Origin: Minutocellus sp. GHC0000111
Taxonomy: Eukaryota
Assembly (NCBI GenBank): GCA_977018835.1
Contig: OZ361259.1
Coordinates: 3,348,001 to 3,412,000 of the forward strand
DNA length: 64,000 bases
Direction of reading: 5' to 3'
Notes under the pieces: model-generated
Told to the model about the DNA's origin: nothing
Database searches by the model: none
What the model saw: the letters and a program-made list of their open reading frames with translations, nothing else
Position numbers and translations under genes: made by a program
In this document: positions 12,501 through 23,117 of the stretch, in pieces
Layout of the letters: each line of letters begins with the position of its first letter
Position numbering within the stretch: the first letter of the stretch is position 1

Positions 12501-15500
12501 GCTGGAAGAGAATTTTGAAGGAGAGCGCAGCGTCGCGGCATCCAAGGCAACTAGAGCCAACGACGATGACACCATCTTTGACTTCAACGACGACAAAACA
12601 GTCGAGGCTGGCGGTGTTGGTGCTGCAAGTACTCCACGTGGTCCTCAGCCTGATACTATTCCAGAAGACAATGCCGAGCCAGTCCCCTCTTCGGAGATGT
12701 CCGTCGTCAGTGGCGTTACGATGAATACAGAGTACACCGACAACATGACCGTTGGCACTGCCTACACGAATGCCAGTACCAAGTCCACTCGCCGGCGTCA
12801 TCGTGGTGCTGCCAAGAAGTGTCTCAACAAGGCCAAGGAGGCAGAGGATGGTAAGAGCGTTGGGTGGTTGGACTCCATCCGCACTGCCGCCGCCAATAAC
12901 AATCGCGTTTGGGATCCTCAGCTCGGCTGGGTTGATTACGAGGAACCCGAGAAGGGTGACGATGGTAGCTCTGCCAATCATATTGGCCCTCTTCATCTCC
13001 CAGTGAAAGCTCGTGATGCCCAACATGGCGACGACCAGATGCTTGATCGTGACGTTGATGCAGATGACTCTGGTCTTCATGCCATCGATGAAGACGGCGC
13101 TGCTGAAGTGCCCACCAGTAGAGCCGCATATGGAGCTGCCGCTGTCGGTGCTACTGCTGCTACCGCTGCCGTTGTTTCCAATATGGCCAACAGCCAGGGC
13201 CAACAGGACGATGGCACTGTCACGTCTGCCCTCACTGAGAATACTTCGCGTTCTGCAGTAACTGATAGACAGGGTGCTCCCAAGGGATGGGTCGAGTCGA
13301 TGAAGGCCGCATCGGAGCGAGTGAGTACTTCTGATCCCAATCGCCGCTGGGATCCTCAGCACGGATGGATCGGTCTTCCTCCTGGAACTATGCCACCGAC
13401 TGAGGACAAAGAGGAGGATGTGCAGACTCAGGAAGCCACCGATGCTGGCCCCGAGACCCCACGTGCTGCCCTCAATACGAGCGTGATCAGTGAGAGGTCA
13501 GCCGGTCCGGTCGATCTCGACGATTCGGATGTTGATGATGATGACGACGAATCAGTTGAAGAAGAGAAGGATGAGCCGCAGGCACTGCCGGAAGAGCCTC
13601 CGGAGGAGGAATCCGTCGTTAGTAGGAGAATTAGGCCCGACCCCTCTGGAGTTCTTGAGGACTCTGAGGATGCAACCTTGGCCTCCGGTATGCTATCAGC
13701 CGATGCTGCCGAGCCGTCTTCCGATAGTGGTGCCAAGAAGCCATTCATCAAGCTCCCTGCACCGAGGATGGGCCGTGGTCGCGGAGCGGCTCAACAAGGA
13801 TACGACGAAATCGCTAGCGTTGCCAGTGAGAATCGACCCCAAAGCCCTGAGACTGGAGACGAAGATGATGTCATCGTCAAGTCGTCCTCCCAAACCTCCT
13901 TCGAGCAGTTCCAGTGGGAAGAATCCAATGCAGCTGGTGCTCCCGTTGCCGCAGCAGCAGCTGTTGGTGCCGCCGCTGCTGTCGCGGCCTCCTCCCTTCC
14001 TCCCAAGGTACCCAAGAAGGACAGGCCAGACAGCGCCGAGAAGTCTGCGCCGGAAGTGCAAGTCGTCAAGCTCAAGATGAACGACAAGGATAAGGACCTC
14101 TTCTTGAATAGCAAGGATGATTCTAACCACTTCATCGATGATACCAACTTTGCTCCAGAATTTGCCGACGAGTCGCCTTTCAGTACGCCATCACGGGCCG
14201 CCGCAGCAGCTCGTGGTGGCATTGAGGCCGATGGTGATGGCATTGGCCTTGATACGACGCAGTCTGATATTGTCAGGTCGTCCCCCAAATCAGAAACCGT
14301 TGAGGACGATGCTGGTATTGTCTCTTCCAAAACATCGCGTGACCCCCCTCAGAATGCCGCCGAGGCCGTTGATGGCGCCTCTGCCACTCCTTCTGTATCT
14401 TCCCGAGCCAAGCAGTGGATGGAGCTAATGGAATCCAAGTCCAAGAAGAACGTCGGCGCCGCTGCTGGTGCCGAAGATACCAAGAGCGAGGCATCCTCGG
14501 CCATCGACTGGCCTGGTTCGGGCTCCAGTGCACGCAAGGCCCAGTCCAAGGTCGGCGAAGAATGGAAGTCGTTCCTTGGCAAGAAGGGCAGTACTGGTGC
14601 GCCCTCGTAGCAGCCTGGTCAGGCCGGTAACGCCTTGAAGTTTGCCGCCGCTGACGGAGGATCAGAGGCTGACTTCAAGAGCGATACTGGTGCGCCATCG
14701 ACAGCGCGTGGTGGCTTGGCCCGAGCTCCCACCGACGACGATGACACCATCTTCAAGTTTGACGAAACGAGCCAGATGGGAGGAACAAATCCGCTCAAGG
14801 CGAAACTGCAGAATATGAACAGCGCCAGGGCGATGCCAGGTGTCAGCGAGGCATCGGAAACCACGGGTTCTTCGGACGGCGAACCTAGCTCCACTGGCGG
14901 TGAGGCCAAGGGGGGTAAGAAGTCCATCTACAAACGTTTGACAGAATGCGCTGCTCCTGTTCTTCCCGAAGGATGCGCCAACCCTACCGTCGTCGATGAC
15001 ACCGGCAAGGAAGTCCCCGTCTCTCACCTCGAGTTCCTCAAGAAGAGCAAGGTTGCAGGTTCGCTTCGTGAGATCGCACCGTCGACTCTGTGCGGACGAC
15101 CTGACACCATCTACGAGGAAGGTCCTGGTGGTAGAAGGCGAGCGACGAAAAAGTCTGCGTCAACCTCGAGTGTTGTATCTGGCGACGGATTTGGTGCCAA
15201 GAACGCCTATCTCGATGCCGTTGCTCTCAAGACTGCCACCCGAGGTCGCTCCTCTTCTACTGGCCGGCCATCCTCCCGTGGCCGCTCGTCTTCGTCCCAA
15301 CGGTCGGGAACATCGCAGCGTTCCTCGGAATCCTGGCAGGGATTCCTCGAGAGACGATCTGCTAGCAAGAGCCCTGGACCGAGTAGACCGCCCACCTCTC
15401 CTCCCGTCGCGAACGTGTCTGCTGAGCAAAAGGCCGCCCAGAAGGTCGAGGAGATGATGAAGGCAATGGCCATGAACACCAAGTCCAAGGCAGATATCGA

Positions 15501-15717
15501 CGATATGATTGAGACCATGAGCCAGGCCAGCAGTCCCAGCAAGGCGCCGACTGCTATTGGATATGATCAAATTGAAATGACGAGGTCGAATATCTCAAGC
15601 TTTTCTCAAAACAAGAAGAAGAGTGAATCGGCCATTGCCGCCGAGGAACTCGCTGCAGCTCGTGTCGAAGCCATGATGAAGGCCATGAGCTCGCAAAAGC
15701 TGGACGGTGACGTTTGA
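9549..15717 (+). pseudogene. Very large (~2050 aa) acidic low-complexity protein with 1 frameshift and 2 in-frame TAG
   Basis: Four ORFs join into one. There is a frameshift at a C10 run (10592-10601), and TAG 12325-12327 and TAG 14608-14610 are in frame with the downstream ORFs. Repeated GW..S....A.....R.WDPQ.GW motif; C-terminal AAEELAAARVEAMM. Confidence 0.75.
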
Positions 15718-16028
15718 GATTGCTCGTCGAAATGAATGGACTATATATATATATGGAATGACTTGTATCTAATCTATGTTGATTGTTGAGAAAGAAAGAA
15801 ATGAAAAGACCCTCGTTTATTTTATGTCTATGCCAATGGCTTTGTTGATAACGTCGGAGCCATTTGCTAACAGCGAGGCAATTCTGAATTAATTTGATAT
15901 CATCTCTCCCCACCAAGAAGGAGAGACAGTACTATGCGTAGAAAAATTATCTAAATGTGCGAAATGAAACATACTTTCTTATATTTATCACTTTCTGCCA
16001 TGATGGTGGTGGCGGCGTACTTAGCATT

Positions 16029-17139
16029 TTATTTACCGTTTCTTGCATTCGCGATGAATTTGCGAATCTCTTGTACTTCACTTCCATTCCGATGCATCTC
16101 CAATACTTCTTTCAGCTGTTTTGCACTAATGTATCCTACATAATAGCAGGTGTAGAGACCTTTCAAAACGTCGTCATTTCCAGACATTGCTTTGTCGCGT
16201 GCTGCAGATCTCTGGCGATCTTCGCTCTCCATTTCGGCCCTGGCCGATTTATGGGCTAGGTATATTTCTTTGAGGTTTGCTTCGTAGAGCTTTCTTTCGA
16301 TGAGGAGTTGTGTGAGGATTTTTACAGAGCACGTGTCCCCAGCCTCTGCTGCGAGGCGCAAATGTTTTGTAGCAAGGTGGAAATTTCCTTCGCCGGCATA
16401 TACGAGGGCAAGCATGCGACGAGAAGCAACATCGCCCTTCTTAACTCCGTCCATCAAATAGCGCATGCCCCTTTTCTCATCTTTCGTAACACCGCATTCC
16501 CCCTCAATGTAGTCGTAGCCGAGGTGGTACATTGCTGTCGCAGAGCCCATACCAGCGGCCGCTTCCAGCACTCAATAGATTTCTTCTCATCCTTTGGAAA
16601 GCCGTCCACCCCGTCCTGGCAGGAGAGTGCCATGTCAATCATTGCCTCGGCGTCGCCCTTGCGAATTAACTTCTCGATCCGACTGACCAATTCTGAATCA
16701 GATTTGTAGGTTGGCTCTCTGCAGAAAGCACAGAATTTCTCCAGTGGGGGCAGCTCCTTCTACTCCTCTCCGCATTCGTAATTTCCAGAGCTCGATCGCT
16801 CTCGAGCTTGCACGCACGACATATCACTTTGCCACAGCAGGTAATGTATGTCGTCTTCTCGTACTCCAGAGGGAGGGGGACAAGACACACCGGGCAATCC
16901 TCCGTCGGCGGATGCGGTTTCCAGAGCTCGGGGTCCGACAAAAGGTCATGGAGATAGTCGATGCTGTCTCGTTCGGTTGCCGACTTGCCCGAACCGGCCT
17001 CATCCTTGTCGGCAAGCGTCACCGCCGCAAGCAGATCGGCCGCCGCCGAAATCTCACCACCTCCCTCAAGACTAGCTGGAGTTACTTCCGCATCCTCCTC
17101 CTGGGCAGCCGGCTGGGTATCCTTTCGTTCCCTGGGCAT
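16029..17139 (-). pseudogene. RING-like zinc finger + Sel1-repeat protein, two frameshifts
   Basis: LWKPHPPTEDCPVC...CCGKVICRAC...CAFCR followed by Sel1 repeats. Frameshifts near 16760 and 16572. Confidence 0.85.
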
Positions 17140-17416
17140 CGTTGCTCTCGCGTCGTCCTTGTATGGGTTGTGAAAATCCCCCTTTATTGCCTTTATTCCC
17201 TTGAATCTAACATGCCCCCATATAATCTTGGCAAGTCTCAAGTAAGTCTCATCTCATTTCTTCCGACCGCAAGTCGTTGCTCTGCCTTGCGTAGTAGTAT
17301 GACCTTGGCGTTTGTTTCCCATTTTATCCCCCTCAATTTCAAAATGCCCCTATAGAACTCTGTCGATGTCAGGGCGTCATCATTTATTTTTTAGAGAGGA
17401 CAGGACGGAGCCAACG

Positions 17417-18409
17417 ATGGATGCTGCTGCCTCGCCGGCCACTGGCGCCGATGGGGCGGGTGACGAGTCGTTGGCGCTGGCTGCGGCTACTGATCAGCTG
17501 GCCTCGCTGAGCGTATCAAAGGAAACCGTAGAGGATGAAAGTGAAAATGCGAAACCGACGAAGGACCCAGACCTCTGGAAGCCCGTCCCTCCGCCGGAGG
17601 ACTGCCCGGTATGCCTGATTCCGTTGCCCATGAGGAACGATGAAAGCGCGTATTTTCCCTGCTGTGGAAAGACAATTTGCAGTGCCTGCAATGAGGAGAG
17701 TACCCGGGCCCACATTCTCATCAATTCCAAGAGGGCGAAGAAGGAGCAGCCGCCAGTGGAGGAGAGTTGCGCTTTTTGTAGGACGCCGTACTGTGATGGA
17801 GATGGCTACGTAAAACAATGTCTGCTTCGAATGGGAAAAAATTACTACGAAGCTTGTTTCAACCTGGCAACAATACACCATGGTGACACCGATGATGGCC
17901 TACCTAAAGACGAATCCAAGGCCCTGGAGCTCTTTCTCCGCGCCGCCGAATTGGGTTCTACGAAGGCCATGGAGTGCCTCGGAGACGTTTATGCGAGTGG
18001 CACTATGGGAGTCAAAAAGGACATGGGAAAATCCCGCGAATATTTTGAGCGAGCCGCTAAAGGAGGAAATCTTCCTGCAAGGTTATTTCTTGCGAATATG
18101 GATCTAGATAATAACAACCCTGATCTTGCCATCCGTCACTGGAAGATTGCGGCTGAGGGCGGTGATGCTTTAGGGATGAAGCTTTTGTGGGACCTATTCA
18201 ACCATAGGGGATTGAGCAAGTTTGAGCTCGAAGAAATATTGAGAACGCACCACATTGCTATCAATGAAAGAAAAAGTGAGGATCGCGAGAGATATTCTTC
18301 ATTTCAGAAAGCAGTGGAAGGTGGGGATAAGGAGTTGACTATGCTCTACCTTCAGTATTATGAAGGTATCTTCACAGAACAAGGCACTCAAGGCCCACCA
18401 GCACCTTAG
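17417..18409 (+). CDS. RING-like zinc finger + Sel1-repeat protein (paralog), probable frameshift near the C-terminus
   Basis: LWKPVPPPEDCPVC...CCGKTICSAC...CAFCR and AAELGS/AAKGG/AAEGG repeats. The paralog-like tail NKALKAHQ lies out of frame after ~18370. Confidence 0.85.
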   Translation: MDAAASPATGADGAGDESLALAAATDQLASLSVSKETVEDESENAKPTKDPDLWKPVPPPEDCPVCLIPLPMRNDESAYFPCCGKTICSACNEESTRAHILINSKRAKKEQPPVEESCAFCRTPYCDGDGYVKQCLLRMGKNYYEACFNLATIHHGDTDDGLPKDESKALELFLRAAELGSTKAMECLGDVYASGTMGVKKDMGKSREYFERAAKGGNLPARLFLANMDLDNNNPDLAIRHWKIAAEGGDALGMKLLWDLFNHRGLSKFELEEILRTHHIAINERKSEDRERYSSFQKAVEGGDKELTMLYLQYYEGIFTEQGTQGPPAP

Positions 18410-18456
18410 GCCCTAAGTGTAGATAGTGAAACGTACCTTAACATGCCAGTATAAAT

Positions 18457-19590
18457 TTAATTTGCCAGTGATTCTAACGCCGCTTCCGCCGATTGTCGCA
18501 GTCCGTCAATTGCCATCTTGCCGTTGGGGACCACGCCAATATCTTTCAAACGCCTCGACTCGCATCTCGTCTTCAATACTGCCGGGGTTTCGCCCATTTG
18601 TTCTTCAAGAATGTTATCTTGCCGTTTTCCACTTTTCTCAACCACTTCCTTGGCAATAAGCGCAAAATCTCGAAAGAGAACAAAATGACCAGGAATGAGG
18701 ACTACGTCGTACCTTCCAGTAGTACATGGAAAACTATCAGCAATTCGTCGTTCGATAAGTGAAACGACCATATCGCCAGCTTGATTCGTATGGAGCAAGG
18801 GCCTTCCGTAGTCTCCGGGGCTATATCGTATGGTCCCGGTATCTATTGCCGATGATGCCATTTGGTTGACTGAAAAATTGGGTGCACAATTCGGGGTAAC
18901 TGATATCATATCAAAGAAGGTGATGCCCACCCCCAAATCTGTGCTCAATCGGCAAGCGTTAGACTCGGCCCTTGTCTTTGCGATCTCATATGGATTTGAC
19001 CCTCCACCCGGCTTGGTTGGAGATGAGTCCGAAACTATTCCATCGATGGCTTGTCGTCTGGTCCAGCTCCCGCCGATGTAGGAAATATGCGTCCGTGTGT
19101 GTTGTTTCGTTTGTGTACATGCTGCCACTCTTTTCACAAATGCTTCAAAACGATCATCATTCTCCTGTCCAAGCTTGGGGTTACTGGCATAATTGTCTCT
19201 ATTCCCATCCTCTGCGGCATAAACGAATTCTGTATGTTGTGCTTGGTCGAACCAACCATCGAAAGTATCCTCGCTGATATCCTCCAAAGTAGATGGATAA
19301 ATCTGATATTGATCAGAACTTTCATTACCGTCCTCGAATGCAGGGTCAACCGCTACCACCGACCACTGACGCCCCGATGGATTCGATACACGTTTGGAGG
19401 CAGCATCCAGGATTCCTTGACCTACATTTCCGTTTGCACCCACGATGATGATGTTGCATTCCAGGCGCATATCTTTTGGTGGTCGTGGGGAGATGCTGGT
19501 GGCAGAAGACATTGATCTCGAGTCATATGCGTTGGTACCAGCCACTCCGAAAGTTGCAACCAAGATCAGTTGTCGCGGGATTGTCTTCAT
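18457..19590 (-). CDS. NAD-dependent epimerase/dehydratase (extended SDR) family protein
   Basis: IIIVGANGNVG Rossmann motif, YEIAK (YxxxK) and GRPLLH; N-terminal signal-like segment. Confidence 0.75.
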   Translation of the reverse strand: MKTIPRQLILVATFGVAGTNAYDSRSMSSATSISPRPPKDMRLECNIIIVGANGNVGQGILDAASKRVSNPSGRQWSVVAVDPAFEDGNESSDQYQIYPSTLEDISEDTFDGWFDQAQHTEFVYAAEDGNRDNYASNPKLGQENDDRFEAFVKRVAACTQTKQHTRTHISYIGGSWTRRQAIDGIVSDSSPTKPGGGSNPYEIAKTRAESNACRLSTDLGVGITFFDMISVTPNCAPNFSVNQMASSAIDTGTIRYSPGDYGRPLLHTNQAGDMVVSLIERRIADSFPCTTGRYDVVLIPGHFVLFRDFALIAKEVVEKSGKRQDNILEEQMGETPAVLKTRCESRRLKDIGVVPNGKMAIDGLRQSAEAALESLAN

Positions 19591-20406
19591 TGGTCGCTCA
19601 AGAAGCCAGTTCGTTGCGTGCTGCCAATGTATCTGCAAAGGATTTGCTTCTTGTGGACCTTTACCGGCATCTGATCATCTACGTACCTACTATCGTACGT
19701 ATTTTGTGTTTGTATTATCGGGGAAGGGGATCCCCTAATTTAGGCGGGAAAGTCGGCCACACCCGAATCTCGATAATTATTGGCTTACAAAATCACATAC
19801 AAAATCCTTCGCGAGGTGACGCGACGAAATTCAAATCTTTGAATCGAGGCGGTTGCCTCAATTCAAGCAGCGCCCCAACGGGGAAATCGCTCGGACAACA
19901 CTGACCATTGCCGGCGTAATTATCGTCCAAAATACAAGACCTTGCGGTGACTATCGACCTTTGAGCGCCCATCGCTCCCTTGGAATTCGTTGCGTTGCCA
20001 TCTTCGTTGGGGGGTCGAGACGACGGCGCTTGCTGTGTTTTTTGTCCGGCCCGTAAATCGCTCTTCATTTCACAAGCGAGAGGGGCGGTTGGAACCTCCA
20101 TCGCCTCTTGATTGCCGTTCCCTCCCTCTTTCGACAAAGAGACGAAACATTCGGCCTTGCTCCTTACCAATCGGCCAGCATTTCTTTCGTGAGACCGAGT
20201 GCCCACACCTCGTGTACTTGGGTATCTTGGCTCTCCGCTGCTGCAGCAAGCAAAATTCAAAACCCATCACTTATAATTGTTGATTCAAATTTAAAAAAAG
20301 TCAGCACATCACACGTGCTCGTTTTTGAGTGAGAGGGCTGCGTCGTTGGAAGCGATTATAAATACAGTTGAATACATTCCATCTGCCATACATCAATCAT
20401 CACAAC

Positions 20407-21945
20407 ATGCCATCGTCCTCGGAAGCAGTACCAACGTCGTGGGCGCACGTGCCAGTTCGCGGCAATGAGGAACCAACGATGACTTCTTCTTCGCAGCGGC
20501 CTGTCGGGGGTGGATTTCCCATTTCCGATTACGACATGGTCCGACTGCGACGGGAGGAAGCCAAGAACGGCAAAGGCCGCAGCAAGAGTCGGAGCAAAAG
20601 TCGCAGCAAAAGCCGTGGAAGAGGCGGCGGCGACGGCAATTCGTATTCCAACGGATGTTTCGATGCCCTTCTCCATCCTGGAGGATATCAGCACCAGCAG
20701 TATGATCGGGATGATCAGTACTATCAGCCCGAGCCAAGTACCAAAAGGTCATCAGCTTCCTCTTCGTCCGTTGGCACGGGAACTACGGAAAGCACGGGTA
20801 GTTCGATCAATCATTACTCTGGATTTGGAAATAACATCAGCAGCAGCAAGCCCAAATCGCGACTGGGCAAGCTGGGCGGTAAGAAGAATGCCAATGCCAA
20901 CAAGCCTCGCAGTCATATTGGGGAATTGAACTTCAAACCTCGTTCGGTGCCCATCCCCAAGCCCGGTACGGCCGTCAATGGCGGGGTGCCACAGTACATG
21001 ATGGATGATTCGTACTACCAGCAGGGCAGCAGTAGTGGTGCTGGTAAGAAGGGTATGAAGCAGAAGTTGAGCTCGGTGTTTCGTCGTGGTGGTGGAAGCA
21101 ATGGCAATACTAACATGCACCACGGCAGCATGACGGCCCAGCAGTTGTCTGGCCAGCCGGTACCTCTCGACGATCCCATCTACCGGGCCAATGCTGGTTT
21201 GGATGCCAAGGCGCCCACAACTACCAACGATGTCAACCTGACCACATCGACCTACGTCAATACCTCGGCAGAGGACGAAGACGACAAGGATGCGAGCGAC
21301 CTCACCTTCACCGCCATGTTTCCCGACATGAACAACAGCGCCGACTCCAGCTTCGATAGGGCCATCAACCAGGGCCAAAGGATGACATCAATACCCACCG
21401 CCCCGTCACCGACCAAGGGTGCAGCTACCTCTGGCAGTAGAGCGCAAAGATCTTCCGCCAGCAATACAGGTACAGGCCCTGCCGCTCGAGTGGCCAAGTC
21501 GAGCGCTACCGCAGCCTCCGAGGAGGACCCATTCGCAGGAATGCCCACCTTTGATCCGGATTTCGATTCCGTCGTTGGTGCGGTTACCTCTACCAGGGTC
21601 TATCCAGCCCCGACGGTTGCACCGACCCCGTCACCGGTATCTCATCCAGATGCAAGTACTACCACCGCCAGCTCCAAAATTCTCGGTCAAGTTCGCAATG
21701 GCAAGCAAAAGGTTCCAACTCCTACCCTTCAAGGTCAGCCTCCCCAGCGCCAGGCTCAGCCATCTCAAGCCCGCCAAGCTAATCGATCGCCAAGGCCCCG
21801 TCCCCGTGCCGAAATGCTCCAGCAAGTCCGCCGAGATATCGCCAAGCCCACTGACTCTGCTTCTAGCTCTACCCCGTTCGACGAGGTTCAAGGCAAGGAA
21901 ATTTCCAACGCCCGTGATGCCAGAAGAGAGAGGTTGGCAAGGGAA
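20407..21945 (+). pseudogene. Low-complexity Ser/Pro/Gly-rich protein, 3' end lost
   Basis: Coding-like composition up to RRERLARE. Beyond that the ORF reads as antisense of the opposing gene. Confidence 0.6.
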
Positions 21946-22701
21946 CGTGTGGTCGTTATCGTAGTATGCCTCATCCTTGAGATAGTCCTGCCGACGTTGC
22001 TGTCCTCTGGTCCAGGGGGCGCGTCGCTTGGGATCGGTCGGACGCCCGCGGACAGGTGCCTTCTTGGGAACTTTCAGATGCTTCCTGGCGTGGCTTTTGG
22101 AGGACGTACACGAGACCACACGGGGAGGAAAGGCCGCTGGCACCACTACCTGACCCTGACGCCTGGACACGGACTTTGTGGCATCTACACGGACACCGGC
22201 ACCGACGACAACATTTCCGTCCTCATCGCTGCTCCCCAGTGTATCCCTTGGCGATCCCCTGCCCGATTTGCGAGGGTGCGCGAGCGAGTCACGACGGTCT
22301 CTCGATTTCAATATCTTGGAGAACGCCCCGTCGATATACGTTGCCTCATTGGGTCGATATGGCTCGCGCTTGTGCCTTTTGTTGTCGCTGTCACCGTGGC
22401 TGTCACCGTCGAAGTCGCTGTCGCTGTTGTGTGGTTGATGCGACTGTTGCGTCTCACCGTGTTGGCGGCGGTAGTGCATGTCAATGTGTGAGGCGACCCA
22501 ACGAAATCCACCAGCAGCGATGGACACCACCAGCAAGGTGGCGGCGGCACAGCACACGACCGTAAACTTCCTGCTAGTAGTAGTAGATCGGTGTCGTCGA
22601 TGCACTTGGAATGTGTGCATGGACCTCCGAGATGCTGCTGCTGCATAATAGCATGGAAAGGTACGAGGCGTACTAGTACGCGGCCTTCGCGGCGCTGCCA
22701 T
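21946..22701 (-). pseudogene. Type II membrane protein, N-terminal part only, 3' end lost
   Basis: MAAPRR..., one TM helix (FTVVCCAAATLLVVSIAAGGF) and a hydrophilic stem. The frame runs into the antisense of the opposing gene at ~21946. Confidence 0.6.
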
Positions 22702-23117
22702 AATCGTTGTGTTGTGCTCACTTACTGCTTGACGAAATAAATGGAATTGCTGTGTGCAGTCATGTGTTTTATTTGAAGCACTGCTCGAAATGCTTCTGAC
22801 CTGACTCTTGCTACATGTATCAATCTTGCTCCGGCCGAGAGAGTCGAGTCGTCGAGTCTGGCTGTGGCGAGCGAGTTCGCTCTCGAGCGGGGGACGAGGC
22901 AGAGGCGAGGCCGAGACCAAAATCGAGAAGTCAGTGCAGCAGGGTGCGCGCCCAAGCCTACTGTACTAGTACTACGTACGTAGCTACTACATGTACTAGT
23001 AGTAGCCTGACTTCGGGCCATGGCGGGGGCGAGCATGCGTCTTCCGGTGGTGCACAGTCAAAGTCAAGCGATGGACTTCCGGCGCCACCTATCGAGACCG
23101 CCGACTTAGATGCTGCC

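Noticed and set aside
12325..14610. Stop-codon reassignment or readthrough to explain the in-frame TAG/TGA codons
   Set aside because: TAG and TGA terminate intact genes here (e.g. 3557, 39116, 44404, 25523), and the inferred original residues differ (G, R, W, K/Q). Nonsense mutation is simpler.
9162..15570. Long antisense and alternate-frame ORFs over the giant gene
   Set aside because: Shadows of GC-rich biased codon usage; no motifs.
19793..20260. 155 aa minus-strand ORF
   Set aside because: Lies between divergent genes, non-ATG start, no recognisable motif.
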